The notes below the pieces were generated by a model. The model was not told where the DNA came from. It did not search any database and saw only the letters and a program-made list of their open reading frames with translations. A DNA stretch of 63,322 nt, the filler included, from Circinaria calcarea (Eukaryota), in NCBI GenBank assembly GCA_051942165.1. It is 44 parts of 44 records of this genome, joined end to end, with 100 filler letters (N's around TTAATTAATTAA, not from the genome) between each part and the next. Parts side by side here need not be neighbours in the genome. Positions count along the whole stretch, not along the records: positions 26,085 to 27,426 come from JAVECS010004867.1; positions 27,527 to 28,868 come from JAVECS010004868.1; positions 28,969 to 30,310 come from JAVECS010004869.1; positions 30,411 to 31,751 come from JAVECS010004870.1; positions 31,852 to 33,192 come from JAVECS010004871.1; positions 33,293 to 34,632 come from JAVECS010004872.1; positions 34,733 to 36,072 come from JAVECS010004873.1; positions 36,173 to 37,512 come from JAVECS010004874.1; 36 more parts are not named here. One strand, given 5' to 3'. Positions 26,455-40,845 of this stretch are shown here, piece by piece (position 1 is the first letter of the stretch; every line of letters starts with the position of its first letter). The translations under genes were made by a program, and so were the position numbers.

Positions 26455-28968
26455 TACCGGCTTTCCAGAACTACATGGAATGGAAGAAAACAACAAGAGT
26501 CTTTTGGAAATTGGGATGGCGGCCGTGTAAGCTTCGGACATGTCTGATATATCCCTCCAAGGATGGAGTCGACGGGAATTTTCAGAAGAAGGACAGGGCG
26601 CTATCAACATCGGAGCTCAATTCACCGCAAAGGGCAGAATACGGACATGACACTGGGCAGGTTCACCGTTTCCAATTATACGATGGGTGTTCAAAGGCGG
26701 AACCGGTCAACTGCTATACTGTTGCTTTAACCACAAAGCGCCAGAGTTTCAGGTTTGGCTTGGTTAAGAACACTAACATGGTTAATGGGGATGCTATTTC
26801 AAATCTCGAGGCCGAAATCCATGTGAACTCGACATCCGAGCCTGGAGACTCTCTCCACTCCAACGGTCAAAACGTCTCGATTTTCGAGTCTCGAAATTCT
26901 CTCAAGTCCCAAAACGTCCAACATATGCATTTCCAAATATAGATTTTCCATTTCCATCTTTCCTGAAGCGGACTTCGGGGCGATCGATCAGACCGATACT
27001 AGATTACAACACGGTAGACTCATTTTTTGGCAACGGCCCCGGGCTGCTTCGGTGATATTAGAGGGGAGACTCGAAGCCAGGGATCCGAAATTTAGAAACT
27101 GTGAGGGTTTCCGTAGGATCGGCTGGGAAAAGATTTAGAACAACTGCCTTTATAGACTTACAGAAATTTTTTTACTAGATCGATAGTATCGAGTTGGAAT
27201 TCAACGTAGGCGAGGGCCGGTTATCCCAAATCTCCAATCTCCGTGTCGTGTCGTGTCGTGTCGTGTCGTGTTGTTTTGACTCGAGAATCCTAAGAATCCA
27301 AGAATCCAAAGAATCCTAAGAATCCAAGAATCCAAAAAGGCAAAGAGGAATGAACCGGCATATAATCTTACCATAGGATTGATGGACTGATGGACTGATG
27401 GACTGATGGACTGATTGGAATTAAAGNNNNNNNNNNNNNNNNNNNNNNNNNNNNNNNNNNNNNNNNNNNNTTAATTAATTAANNNNNNNNNNNNNNNNNN
27501 NNNNNNNNNNNNNNNNNNNNNNNNNNGGGTAGGGGATGGGTTAGGGAGGATAGGCTAGAGGGTTCGTTCTCGCTTTTTGTTGCCTTCTGCTCTTTTTCTC
27601 GCTAATTATCTAGTGAAGTGAAGGACTTGGGGATTTTTACTTCACCTCCATTCTTAATCCCGTGTGGATTTCTTTTCGTTGACTTTCTGCGCAAGCTTTC
27701 TATACGCTTGTTCTATTATCTTGGAGCTGGATGGGTTATCAATGCCCCACACCTAAGCGGTGTAAGGGGGGAATGTTCGGGGAATAAAGCTTCTTTGTTG
27801 TAAATAGACCAATCGCACTTTTCTTTACAGCTTTAGTTGGAGCGCTTCAAGATGTTCAAGGAAAAGCAAATTCCTCTCCATTTCTCTCTGGGTCCCTCTC
27901 CCTCCGCTCCTCTCCTTTGTTGGAAGTCATAGGGCTTACCGAGGCATGTGTTGCATAGGAGGTCCATGCTCAACACTTCTACACACTCCATAAAAGCACT
28001 TTTTCGTTGCATAGATAGTTACTAAGTTATATACTCGTACATAGCATAAATGCCACCACACATATTGCATGTTCAATAAATATAACTCCTGGAAGAGGAG
28101 GAGAAGGCAAGGACCCCGAAGGCACAAAAAAAACCAAGAACCAAGCGCCGAAAAACGAATCGCCATTTTAACGATCCCCATGCTTCGTTTTTTTTTCTAC
28201 CCACGGTTTCGAAAAACCCCCCGCGGAGGGGAATTGGATAAGAAGGAATTTGCTCAGAACGGGAACGAAAGGGAAAAAGGCCATATTGGATGCTGGACTT
28301 CTGGACTCGGGCTTGGTTTCTTTTCTGGGAGGAGCGATTGGATGGGGATGGGGATGGAATTAAAAGGGAAGGATTTAGGGAGAGGGAGGAATAAGGGGTA
28401 TCAAGAACGCCGCCAGCTCCCCGGGGGAGACACCACCGGGATTGAAATGGGGATGAATTTCAAAATCTGCTTAAGGCGGGTGTTTTTATTTCGAAGGGGC
28501 CTTTTCCATTCCTTTTTTATTTCTTAGAATTTTTCTTGTTTTAGTAACAACTCTGGAAAATTAGGATCAAAACGAGCGAGGGATCGCAGCGCCGGGCGAT
28601 CTAAGATCTCTAAAAGGTGATGGCGAAAAGGTCCAGAGGGAAGAGGAGGGAAGATACAGAATCGGGATTGTATATCCTTGGTGTTTTTAAATCTGTGGAA
28701 GGAAGGTTTTGTGTGGAATAGAAGGGAATAGAAGGGAAGGGGAAGGGAAGGGGAAAACTTAGGGGATAGTGGAAGTAGGAGCATCTCTCTATTTTTCACT
28801 TTTTATATATTTCAGGGTACCCTCCATTCTTCCCCCCCCCACATCCTCCGGTCGAGGGATACCGCTGTNNNNNNNNNNNNNNNNNNNNNNNNNNNNNNNN
28901 NNNNNNNNNNNNTTAATTAATTAANNNNNNNNNNNNNNNNNNNNNNNNNNNNNNNNNNNNNNNNNNNN

Positions 28969-30242
28969 CAACAGCCGAGCCCTGCCAGCGGTAACTCAGT
29001 GTACGACTCAATCTCGACGGAGAGCAACGGCAGTCATATACGTCCACCTCTGCAAGATGGGAAGGGCCCGTTTAATTTCCAGTCCATGTCATTGGCGAAA
29101 TCTCCAATCTCCAAATCTGTGCGTTGTCCTCGCACCTTCTCAAGCGCGACCTAGCTAAATCTTGGGTGCAGAGTGTAGGTCAGAGGCGCGGCCACAAATA
29201 CAAGCACAGTAGCGTTTCGCATCAGATCTTTCTTGAGCCGCCTCCTCGAGCTCCTATCGCACTACCCAATTCCTTACCGGTACCCACCCTGAAGGAATGC
29301 CGCAGGAGTATGTCGAGAGAACAGAACACCAGGTTCTGGTGGAGCATCTGCCATATGATGGTCGCAGCATACATTTTGTGGAGTGCATCCGGCTCATTGG
29401 CTTTGACCGCTTTATCGCATCTGATCCTCTTTGACTCTTTTGGTGCCATGTTATGTGTAGTAGTCGACGTCCTGGGTAACTTTGAAGTTTGGAAACGATC
29501 GAGCATCCGCCATCCTTTTGGCCTCGAGAGAGTTGAGGTGCTTGCAGGTTTCGCAATGTCCGTACTTCTGCTCTTCATGGGTATGGACCTCATATCGCAC
29601 AATTTACAGCATATGCTTGAAGGCATGGGCCATGAGGCGCATTTTACGCATTCTCACACCAGAATTTCACCCGGAGAAATCGATGCGGCATCACTGCTCG
29701 CTATCTTGTCCACTGTTATCTCGGCCTTTGGTCTTAAAAATCATGCTCGGATTGGTAAGGTGATGCGGTTCGCCTACATCGAGACATTACCTTCAATTTT
29801 GAGCAACCCCTCCCATTTCCTTACCATCACGTGCTCCTCCTTGCTTTTACTCCTCCCATTACTCTCAATTCAGGTATATACCTGGCTAGATCGTGCATTG
29901 TCGGGAACCATGGCGATATCCATGTGTATCTTGGGGAGTCGCTTGGTCCATACCCTCGGTCTGATGCTCTTGATGTCCTATTCCGGAAAAGGGGTCGAAG
30001 ATGTGTTGAGAGACATTGAGACGGATCCATCGGTTGCCGGTATTCAGGAAGCTCAGTTTTGGCAAGTGCATTATGGACTATGTATGGCCAATCTAAAGCT
30101 CAAGGTAAGGGGAGGCGAGGAAAACTTGGTCAGACTGCGAGATCGAATTGCAAGTCTCATAAAGAACCGACTGGGAGGCGGTTATGGCAAAGGATCGCAG
30201 AAATGGGAGGTCTCGACTCAATTTACTGTGGACAGTTACTGA
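28969..30242 (+). CDS. CDF-family zinc transporter (Zrg17-like), 5' truncated, intron about 29119-29171
   Basis: GQRRGHKYKHSSVSHQIF, SHLILFDS, HPFGLERVEVLAGF, His-rich loop, FWQVHYGLCMANLKL. Confidence 0.87.
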
Positions 30243-30410
30243 GTTTTCACATTTCGTTAAAAAACCACATACTATCTTCTCTTGAACCTTAATCTCTGAC
30301 CTATCACTTTNNNNNNNNNNNNNNNNNNNNNNNNNNNNNNNNNNNNNNNNNNNNTTAATTAATTAANNNNNNNNNNNNNNNNNNNNNNNNNNNNNNNNNN
30401 NNNNNNNNNN

Positions 30411-31483
30411 CTTCAACTAGAAGCTGGTTATGCTCACGGTATTTGCGATGGCGACCAATTCTCTGTATTTTCTTCACATCCGGCAGATTATGATTTCGAA
30501 CTAGGAGAAGGTGCAGTAATTGCTAGGGTTACCCATGTCAAAGCTCTCACATCAACTTGGAGACTCTGAACAAGACCTCTATCCCATTTGGATCAGGGTT
30601 GATTGGAATAGCGCTCACTCACTTTTCCCTTCGGAAATTCCCTGTACGGCTCAAGCTGAGCCTTCCATACCCTGAGGAATGGACTAGGGATTTACAAGAT
30701 CGACCGTCGCTTGACATCTATTACAATGACCACACAAAGCCAGAGTCTTTGTTCTCATTCTACGTGGCCAAAACCGACGATAGTTATGAGATCCGAGACG
30801 AGTCAAATCAGCGGATATCAAATTTACCAACTCCAACCCCGGATCTAGGCAAGAGATCTAGTTACGTACTGGATTTGGTAGAGCACTTAGCCATGTTCAA
30901 GGTGGTGAGAAATTTAGCCAACGATTCATTGGCGAATAAGGCCCACCCTTTCAACCAGCTATTCTCGGTCAAACTCGTTGATCCAGCGGGGAAAGAATTT
31001 GACCCAGGGTGTTTTGAACGTTGTAATCACCCAGAATGCTTGATCGAAGTAGAGTCTGACGATGAGCTGGAACTGGTCGTGAGAAATGAAGGAAATATCG
31101 ACGGCGATCCTCTATATCTCCATATTCTTAATATGGGTCCTAATTGGGAGATAGAGAGCATTCTTCATGGTAATTATGAAGTTCTTCCACCACGCTTCAG
31201 TAACCAGCATATGGATTTTCAGCAGGGTACGGTCGGAGAATGGAGAAAGAAGTTGGAGATGGAGGTTCCACCTAAGATAAAAGAGCAAGAGCATTTGCAT
31301 TATGAAGATATTATCAAAGTCTTTTTGACCACCCAATCGACTTCGTTTATGCCATTAGAGCTACCAGAAATCGGTGAATATCTTGAACGAAAGGAAAAGA
31401 GTAGGAATCGAGGAGATGGCAGTGGCCCTCTGTCGGATGATTGGGCTGCGCTGAATTTCCGTATCAGGTCAAAAATCAAGTAG
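30411..31483 (+). CDS. C-terminal region of a fungal caspase-like (peptidase C14) protein, apparent frameshift near 30555
   Basis: LQLEAGYAHGI.DGD.F and KALTS in one frame, then LYLHILNMGPNWEI, DIIKVFLTTQSTSF..LELP and DDWAALNFRIR in another; the catalytic domain is not in the contig. Confidence 0.6.
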
Positions 31484-31851
31484 ACATTGATCAGTTATTA
31501 TTTTTCAAGGTCTAGCATCTAGTAGATGGTTTGATTGTGACTATGTGCATATAATAATGAGTTATACACCAAAATGGACATAGGGAACCCAGTGCATCCT
31601 GTTATCTGAAGTGCGTTTCGCTTTCCAAGGCATTCTGGCATTCCCTTCATTTTCATCCTCCGTCCTGGCCGTACCTCCCTCATGCTTGAGTCGCGCCTTT
31701 TGAATCGATGTGCTTGCATCTTTGGCCCCTTGTGACACATCCAGGCAGCGGNNNNNNNNNNNNNNNNNNNNNNNNNNNNNNNNNNNNNNNNNNNNTTAAT
31801 TAATTAANNNNNNNNNNNNNNNNNNNNNNNNNNNNNNNNNNNNNNNNNNNN

Positions 31852-31999
31852 ATATAAATGAAGATATAGTCCGAACAGTAATGAGAATTATTGAGTATTT
31901 TTACCGTATTAATAGAAATATTTCTTTAGATTCCTATATAGTAAAAATCAACAAAGAGAGAAAGAAAGATTTGTTTTATATTTGTAAAACAAATAGCAG
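31852..31999 (+). mobile_element. Mitochondrial group I intron, 3' end (in nad5)
   Basis: S element GAAGATATAGTCC at 31860-31872; terminal G at 31999 directly before exon codons CCT ACA CCA (PTPVSAL). Confidence 0.8.
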
Positions 32000-33192
32000 C
32001 CTACACCAGTTTCAGCATTAATACATGCAGCCACTATGGTTACAGCAGGTGTTTATTTATTAATGCGTGCGTCACCTTTAATAGAATACAGTTCAACTGT
32101 TTTAATACTTTGTTTATGAGTAGGAGCTATTACTACTGTATTTAGTTCACTTATCGGTTTATTCCAGCAGGATATAAAAAAAGTTATAGCTTATTCTACT
32201 ATGAGTCAATTAGGTATGATGGTAATAGCTGTTGGTTTATCTTCATATAATATAGCTTTATTTCACTTAGTTAATCATGCTTTTTATAAAGGTTTATTAT
32301 TTCTAGGTGCAGGAGCAGTAATTCATGCAGTAGCAGATAACCAAGATTTCAGAAAATATGGAGGTTTAATATTTTATTTACCTTTAACTTATTCAGTTAT
32401 GCTAATAGCTTCTCTTAGTTTAGTAGCTATTCCATTTATGACAGGGTTTTATTCAAAAGATTTTATACTTGAATCTGCTTACGGGCAATACCATTTATCT
32501 GGTATTATAGTCTATTTTATAGCAACAATAGGTGCTATGTTTACTACTCTTTACTCTGTAAAAGTGCTCTATTTAACTTTTTTAACTAACCCCAATGGGC
32601 CTTTAATTAATTATAAGCAAGCACATGCTGCTCATGAAGGAGATATATTTATGAATATGCCATTAATTATATTAGCCTTATTTTCTATTTTTTTTGGTTA
32701 CTTAACTAAAGATATATTTATAGGTTTAGCTTCTGGTTTCTTTTCAGATAATAGTTTGTTTATACATCCCTTACATGAAATTATCTTAGATACAGAATTT
32801 GCTGTACCACATTTTTTCAAATTATTACCCTTCTTTTTTACTATTATGCTAAGTTTAATTTCTATGTTATTTACTGAGTTTTACCCTAAACCGCTTATTA
32901 ATTTTAAATTATCTAAATTTGGTTATAGTGTGTTTAGTTTTTTGAATCAACGGTTTTTAATAGAACTCTTTTACAACAGATATATATCTGGTGTAATACT
33001 TAAATTAGGAGGTCAAACAACTAAAGTAATGGATAAAGGTTCAATAGAATTATTTGGACCTTATGGTTTAGAAAAAAGGTTAACAAACTTAAGTAATTCT
33101 ATAGGTAGTCTAAGCACAGGTGTTGTTACATCTTATGCTTTATATATCTTAATAGGTCTGATATTTTATATTTCTATCTTATATTACAGTAA
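32000..33192 (+). CDS. nad5: Mitochondrial NADH dehydrogenase subunit 5, exon (genetic code 4)
   Basis: [65 protein letters not shown] read as Trp at 32117; very AT-rich. Confidence 0.96.
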
Positions 33193-33503
33193 NNNNNNNN
33201 NNNNNNNNNNNNNNNNNNNNNNNNNNNNNNNNNNNNTTAATTAATTAANNNNNNNNNNNNNNNNNNNNNNNNNNNNNNNNNNNNNNNNNNNNGGATAGAA
33301 GAAGGGGAAGAAGGAGGGAGGTGAGAGACGTCAGAAATGAAGTGGTCCCCCCCCCCCCCACGAGTACATATTCCCTTCCTTGGCCTTTTTAGAATAAGAC
33401 GATCAAATTCCAACTTAATCTCCCCTGCTCGGCTCCTCTTGGAAAAAGACTCGAGCGCGCGTAGAATAGAAATGCGGGACTTTTTTTTTGTTTTTTTTTT
33501 GTT

Positions 33504-33745
33504 TGTTAAAGGTATGGCAGGGAGAGGCTTAAGCAATACATTAAGACGGTATTCAATGTGTACGCAAATGGTCGATATATTGTGTAACCTCTATGTATAA
33601 GATCTATGGTTCGCAAAAGTGCGAAGTTAAGGGGGAAAACTCTGCAACCCACGCTCCTACTAATACGGGTAATACAGAACTTTTCTGCATATAGAAGTTC
33701 GGCATAGAGTTCGGCATACATGTATGCTTGGCTCTCCACTTGACA
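33504..33745. mobile_element. Solo LTR, family A (diverged copy)
   Basis: TGTTAAAGG...CTTGACA; homologous along its length to 49981-50191; no intact target-site duplication (flanks are poly-T). Confidence 0.75.
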
Positions 33746-34732
33746 ATTTTTCCCTTTTTTTTTTTTCTTTTCCCCTGTAAGAACCCACCAAGGGACCCTA
33801 CCCTTCCTTTCGTTGGAATTTTTCCTTCCCGGCTCCCTTTTTACCTTCCCTTGCCTTGCCTCTGCCCCCCTTCTTCCCTTTTTATCCCTTCCCTTCTCTT
33901 CCCTTGAGAGAACCAATCGAACTAATCGAACCTTCCCCCCCCCTCCCCAAAAGAGCCCCAAAGGAACACTATTTTTTCCAATTTTTTTTTTTTCCCATTT
34001 AAACTAAACCCTAACCGAAAAACCAGAAGGAAAAACCAAAAAAAAAAAAAAAGGCCCAAGCCCAAGCCCACATCCTTCCTTCCTTCCTTTCTTTCTTGAA
34101 AACCCAATCCAAACCAACCCGACGCCGCAATGTTTGTAAGGTTTGGTTTACCATAGTTCACTAGTGCTCACTTCCCTTACTCTACCTTACTCTACCTTTA
34201 CCCTTTACCCGCCGGGGGCCTGATAGGATTGGATCGGATAGGGACTGGGGGGAAAAACCCCCCTAATGGGGACATGATATAACTTTTGTTTTTAAAAAAA
34301 ATAAAAATATAGAGGGGAAGGAAGGGCGGTGCGCGTGCCTGCCTATCTATCTCAAACAGAAACTCCCACTCCCGCAACGGCTTCCCCCCTCCCCCCCCAC
34401 CTTCTTTCCGGGGATTTTGGGGAATAATTAACCCCGCATTACTCCTCTTTTCTTTTTTTTCCCCTCTCAATCTCAAAAACGCAAGGTGCAAACACCGGGC
34501 TCTCCCTTACACCGTGTTCCTCGTCCTCGTCCTGCTAGGAGATTTGGCGACAGGGGTAGGCAGGGGCAGGGAGGGTTTTCATACTCCGAGACGAGGGGCA
34601 GTTTTGGGGGTTTTCCGATTAAGGCTTTTTTCNNNNNNNNNNNNNNNNNNNNNNNNNNNNNNNNNNNNNNNNNNNNTTAATTAATTAANNNNNNNNNNNN
34701 NNNNNNNNNNNNNNNNNNNNNNNNNNNNNNNN

Positions 34733-35532
34733 GGGAGTTGGCGTGACCACTGTTGGACAAAGCCTCTACCTTACTATGAAATTACCGCTGCCTACAGAAC
34801 CGGCGAAGACAGGGTTCCCAATACTGATATACGGCGGAAGCACCGCGACCGGCACACTTGCTATCCAATATGCAAAACTGTAATTGCACTCTCCTACCAT
34901 GCTCAACAAGCACATCGCATGAAGCTAATCCCCTCAGATCTGGGCTTACCGTCATTACTACGGCTAGCCCCCAAAACTTTGATCTTGTCAAATCGCGTGG
35001 CGCCGACGCTGTCTTCGACTACCATGACCCTGAATGTGGGGAGAAGATCCGTTCTTACACGAATAACTCTCTACGCTACGTCCTCAACACCATATCCCAG
35101 GAATCGAGCTACAAGATTTGTGCGGCAGCTTTGTCAAGTGACAGCAGTGAGGAGCTTCACTGCGTCGCATTGCTGCCTATGGAAACCTGGCCGCGTGAGG
35201 ATGTCAACGCACGAGCAATCCTCGCATACACCACGTTTGGCGAGGAGTTCCACAAGTTTGGGACCACCTTCCCTGCCATGAAGGATCACTTCGAAATGGG
35301 AGTGATGTTCTGGAGTTTGAACGCAAAGCTTTTGGCTGAGGGCAAGATCAAGACACACCCCATCACAGTTCGCGAGGGTGGTCTGCAAGGTATCCCCGAA
35401 GGGTAGGGACTGCTCTATGCACTGCCTCGTTCTGCTTCTTACTTACACGGTGCTAGGATCAATGACGTGGGTGCGGGCAGGGTCAGTGCTACCAAATTGG
35501 TATATCGAATAGCCGATACCCCGGGGATTTGA
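34733..35532 (+). CDS. Medium-chain dehydrogenase / trans-enoyl reductase (LovC/ToxD-like), 5' truncated; introns 34880-34937, 35403-35456
   Basis: [69 protein letters not shown]. Confidence 0.88.
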
Positions 35533-37331
35533 TCTTCCAAGATAGCAGCCTGACTCCTCTGTATCTAAGCTATTCGAATTTTTCCGCACCTAACAAGCTA
35601 CCTCGCGTGATTAACATAAGGACCTAATGATATATCTCCAAAGTCAAAATAATAAGACACGAATGAATAAAATAAATCAATCCATCTGCGAAAGCAAACG
35701 GTACATGTAACGAAAATTGAAAATTGAAACATGTTATTTTTAGCCCAGGTACCCACTTTTCAAAAACCCTAATAGAATCACATCATATTTAATACCCAAC
35801 TACTACAAGAGCCCACGAATGGAAATATTCGGCGCCCCGGGGACAAGGACGGCACATTGAGGCCGCTCCTTGCGGAATTTTTCTTTTCAAGGGAAATATC
35901 GGCGCTCCGCTCCAGTCTTCGGCCAACTATGATGTATCATTTCTCCCAGAGGGATAAATTGCGAGGTAGGTGTGTAGATTTTTTAACTATGAGGGAAGTG
36001 AAAGGAGGGAGGAGAGGACAGGGCTAGGACGAGAATGGGATGGGATGGGGATGGGATAGATGAATAGGGAGANNNNNNNNNNNNNNNNNNNNNNNNNNNN
36101 NNNNNNNNNNNNNNNNTTAATTAATTAANNNNNNNNNNNNNNNNNNNNNNNNNNNNNNNNNNNNNNNNNNNNTTTTTTTGGTCCGAAAATTCCCCGCGGC
36201 TTGCGCTGCAAGAGGCAGGTCCGGGAAAGTTTCCGACCAGCAAATACACGAGCTCGGACGGAAGTCCTCACGGCTGCGTGTAAAGGCCTTACTACTTGGA
36301 TGTGGGAAGGAAAGCCGAAAGTTGGGGGAGTTTTTAGATTTTCGCTCGGGGGAAGCGAGAGCCGGGTATGGTATGGCAAGTTTCAGGAGACGAATGCGTT
36401 GAGCTATGGGCTGGGATTTTGTGATTTACTGGGTTATGGGCTGGTCGGGGCGGGATCACATATACGGCGGCCTGGGCATCAGCACCTTCTGCTGTCTACT
36501 ATGTTCGTATTCTCAGGCCGGCATACTACATGCCTCCTTTAATGATCTTCGTTATGTCCTTCGATGCTGGCTTACTTCCATTCCAGTGGTTCTGGTGCTT
36601 ACCTTGGGATATATAAAAAGGGTCCACCTTGACGTCGAGACGCGAGATGAGCCATCGAGACTTGCTTAGGGCTCTCGGAATCTCGGAAGGAAGAGAGATA
36701 CCTACCTGGCAGGGAGATAGACATGCTTCGCCGGAGGAGTCTTTTGGTCGTCGTTGTCCTTGTCGACCATTCAGCGGTGTTTATTCAATTGTCCGCCGCA
36801 CTGACTCGCAAAGTCTGTATTTCCGTACATTAGAGTCGACAGCACGAAGCCTCGGGTACAACTTCCAATTAATTGCCAAGGTACAGACTATTCTCGAATA
36901 GAGATAGGTCTCGCCACCAGCAAGCAAATCTCGACTCCTGAGTGGCACGCTTACTGCTAGTCCTGTTACACGGCCATACATCGCGCGGCGGATAAGCGTG
37001 GGATGAAAGCGCGGGACGGGGTTGGTTCCATATCAGTAATTCAGTAATCCTTAAGTCCGTAAGCTTGAATGGCTTTCGCTTCGACCCATAACCTATTTAG
37101 AAGTCTCCTCCCCAGATCGAACATACATGCACCGAGTGATCTTGACTGATTGGACTTTGTGTCATCTTTGTTCGCAGTGAATCGAGTCTCCCCCGGCAAT
37201 AGGATACATTAACTCGTTGAACACTCTGACCGCGGATGCCAACGAGAAGTGGGTGGAGATAGAGAGTGCAGTCTCCCAGTCGTTTTCCTCTTCACCGTCG
37301 CCCGGACCCGACATCTTCCAAGCAAACCAAG

Positions 37332-37512
37332 ATGGCGTACGATCTATTGGGAAATCCCGCCGTCCTTTCTGTTCTTGTTTCCTTGTGCGCCTACTTGATT
37401 TACGGCAGACTCACCTACCGTTCGGTCATGCCGCCCGACTTGCCATGGGTTGGATGCTCCAGCGGTACGCTGTCGAGGATCAAAGGGCGGCTCCTCAGTA
37501 ATTGGAATGGCA
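37332..37512 (+). CDS. Probable cytochrome P450, N-terminal anchor fragment
   Basis: Transmembrane helix followed by PPDLPWVG..LSRIKGRL, typical of fungal P450 N-termini; no heme motif in the contig. Confidence 0.5.
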
Positions 37513-38146
37513 NNNNNNNNNNNNNNNNNNNNNNNNNNNNNNNNNNNNNNNNNNNNTTAATTAATTAANNNNNNNNNNNNNNNNNNNNNNNNNNNNNNNN
37601 NNNNNNNNNNNNTGATCGTGATCTGGGTCGATACTTCTCTGAGATGCTTGTGGGCGAGAAGCAACAGGTTCCGGCCCCATCTGTCATTAATGTTCAATCC
37701 AACCAGAATTGTGTTTAATATTTGTCTCCAGGATGCTGAGAGTAGCCATGAAGTTGAGTTCAACGTAAGAAAAACCCAAAAGTACCATGGCCCTTCTTTG
37801 AATCAAAAAACTTGCCTCATAGCGCCCATAAAAGTGCCGCGCTGTTTAGTAGGGTAATTGTTATCGAAGCGTTAGCGGAACCTCGCTTATCCTGTTCCGT
37901 CATAAGGGCAGAGAGAGATAGGCCTTATACTACTCCGTACAACGGTTATCCTCGGCTTTTCGTTGTCTTAGCTTAGTTAGCATAGGTTGTGGCATTGACG
38001 GAGAGATGTCCATACACAAAGAGACCTCATCCTGGCTAGATTTCTTCCCTCGAGCGAATTGTCACGTACGCTATACGCTGGTTATTCAATAAAGCATCAT
38101 CTGCGATCTTACAGTCATACCGGTAGAGAGTCCGGCAGCTGCCATC

Positions 38147-38951
38147 ATGTCTACCCTCACAAAGCCGAAATTGCCGCCAGTGGTCATGGAGACAATTACC
38201 CAGCAGATCGGGAATACCCCAATGGTTCGCCTCAATAAGCTCCCCCAGAGTCTTGGTATAGAGGTGACAGTCTATGCAAAACTCGAATACTTTAACGCTG
38301 GAGGAAGTGTCAAGGACCGAATAGCATTGAGGATGATTGAGGAAGCTGAGAAATCTGGAAGAATAAAGCCGGGCGATACCCTTATTGAACCGACGAGCGG
38401 CAATACGTATGTTGGAAATATCTCAATCTGCCATGAGCCAAGCTGACCAAGTTGAAACAGTGGTATTGGTCTTGCGCTGGTGGCCGCCGTCAAAGGTAGA
38501 TATTGGACTATAGTCCTAGCTAAAGAACAACCGTGTTGCGACTAATGTGCACAGGCTATAAGACTATCATCACCTTACCTGAAAAGATGTCTCCGGAAAA
38601 AGTAGCAGTCCTACGCTCATTAAATGCAACCATTATAAGAACACCAACTCAAGCTGCATTTGATTCCCCGGAATCACATATCGGAGTTGCCAAAAGATTG
38701 CAAAAGGAAATACCTAACGCTCATATCCTTGATCAGTATGGTAATCCCGACAATCCTTTAGCACATGAATACGGGACAGCGGAAGAGATATGGACACAAA
38801 CGGAAGGGAGAATAAAAGCCATCGTGGCCGGTGCTGGAACAGGGGGCACTATCACTGGTCTAGCACGTGGCCTGCGGAAACACAACCCTGATATCATGGT
38901 CATCGCGGCCGACCCTTACGGCTCCATCCTAGCATTGCCTGAGTCTCTAAA
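38147..38951 (+). CDS. CYS4: Cystathionine beta-synthase, 5' part, 2 introns
   Basis: [67 protein letters not shown]. Confidence 0.95.
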
Positions 38952-39051
38952 NNNNNNNNNNNNNNNNNNNNNNNNNNNNNNNNNNNNNNNNNNNNTTAAT
39001 TAATTAANNNNNNNNNNNNNNNNNNNNNNNNNNNNNNNNNNNNNNNNNNNN

Positions 39052-40057
<1,006 letters not shown>

Positions 40058-40490
40058 CGATATCGTAGGGAAAAAGTTAGTTATTCTATTCCCTTTCAAG
40101 CGCGGTGTTTACTGGTTGCGTGATCGCAAGGCCGGGGAAAATATGTACAACAAATCGATGGGGGGTCGGGCAATCTCCGCTTACCTTCCAGCACGCTATC
40201 TTTCAGCTTGGATTGGATAGCTAGCGATAGATACCCTCACCCTAGGCAGAAGAGAGTTTATTTCTCGAACCACTTTAGCAAATTATACAAGACAGCCCCT
40301 CGTTTTTCCCACGTGAATTGTCGTTATTTTTTTCTTTCCGTGCTTTGCTTTTCATATTTGCTCTATCCCCAGAGAGCCCCTCTTCTCTTCNNNNNNNNNN
40401 NNNNNNNNNNNNNNNNNNNNNNNNNNNNNNNNNNTTAATTAATTAANNNNNNNNNNNNNNNNNNNNNNNNNNNNNNNNNNNNNNNNNNNN

Positions 40491-40845
40491 TTCTTGACCC
40501 GCGAAGTTTCTTTAATATAATACCGCTGTTTTCGAAGGCTTTATAAGTGGTTTCAAGCATAATGCGCTGTTGAGGGTCCATAACTTAAGCTTCGATAGAC
40601 GAAATACCGAAAAATTCAGCGTCAAAAGCAGCGATTTTTTCATCCAGGAAATGACCACCGCGGTGGTTATGAGCTCCATTAATATTTAGATTCGGATAAT
40701 AGAACGCTTTTTCGTTATATCTGCTTACTGGAACATCAGTCTATGAACTTCGCCTTTCTGCCAGTATTCTCTATAGCTTTTCGGGGTCCGTAGCGCCTCC
40801 GGGAAAGCGACAGCTCATGCCAATAATGACTATGGGGATAAAAGT
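40491..40845 (-). pseudogene. Polyketide synthase KS-domain N-terminus, inactivated by RIP-type mutations
   Basis: [75 protein letters not shown]; in-frame stops at 40771, 40741 and 40585. Confidence 0.9.

Noticed and set aside
32117..32119. In-frame TGA as evidence of a nad5 pseudogene
   Set aside because: TGA encodes Trp in the fungal mitochondrial code
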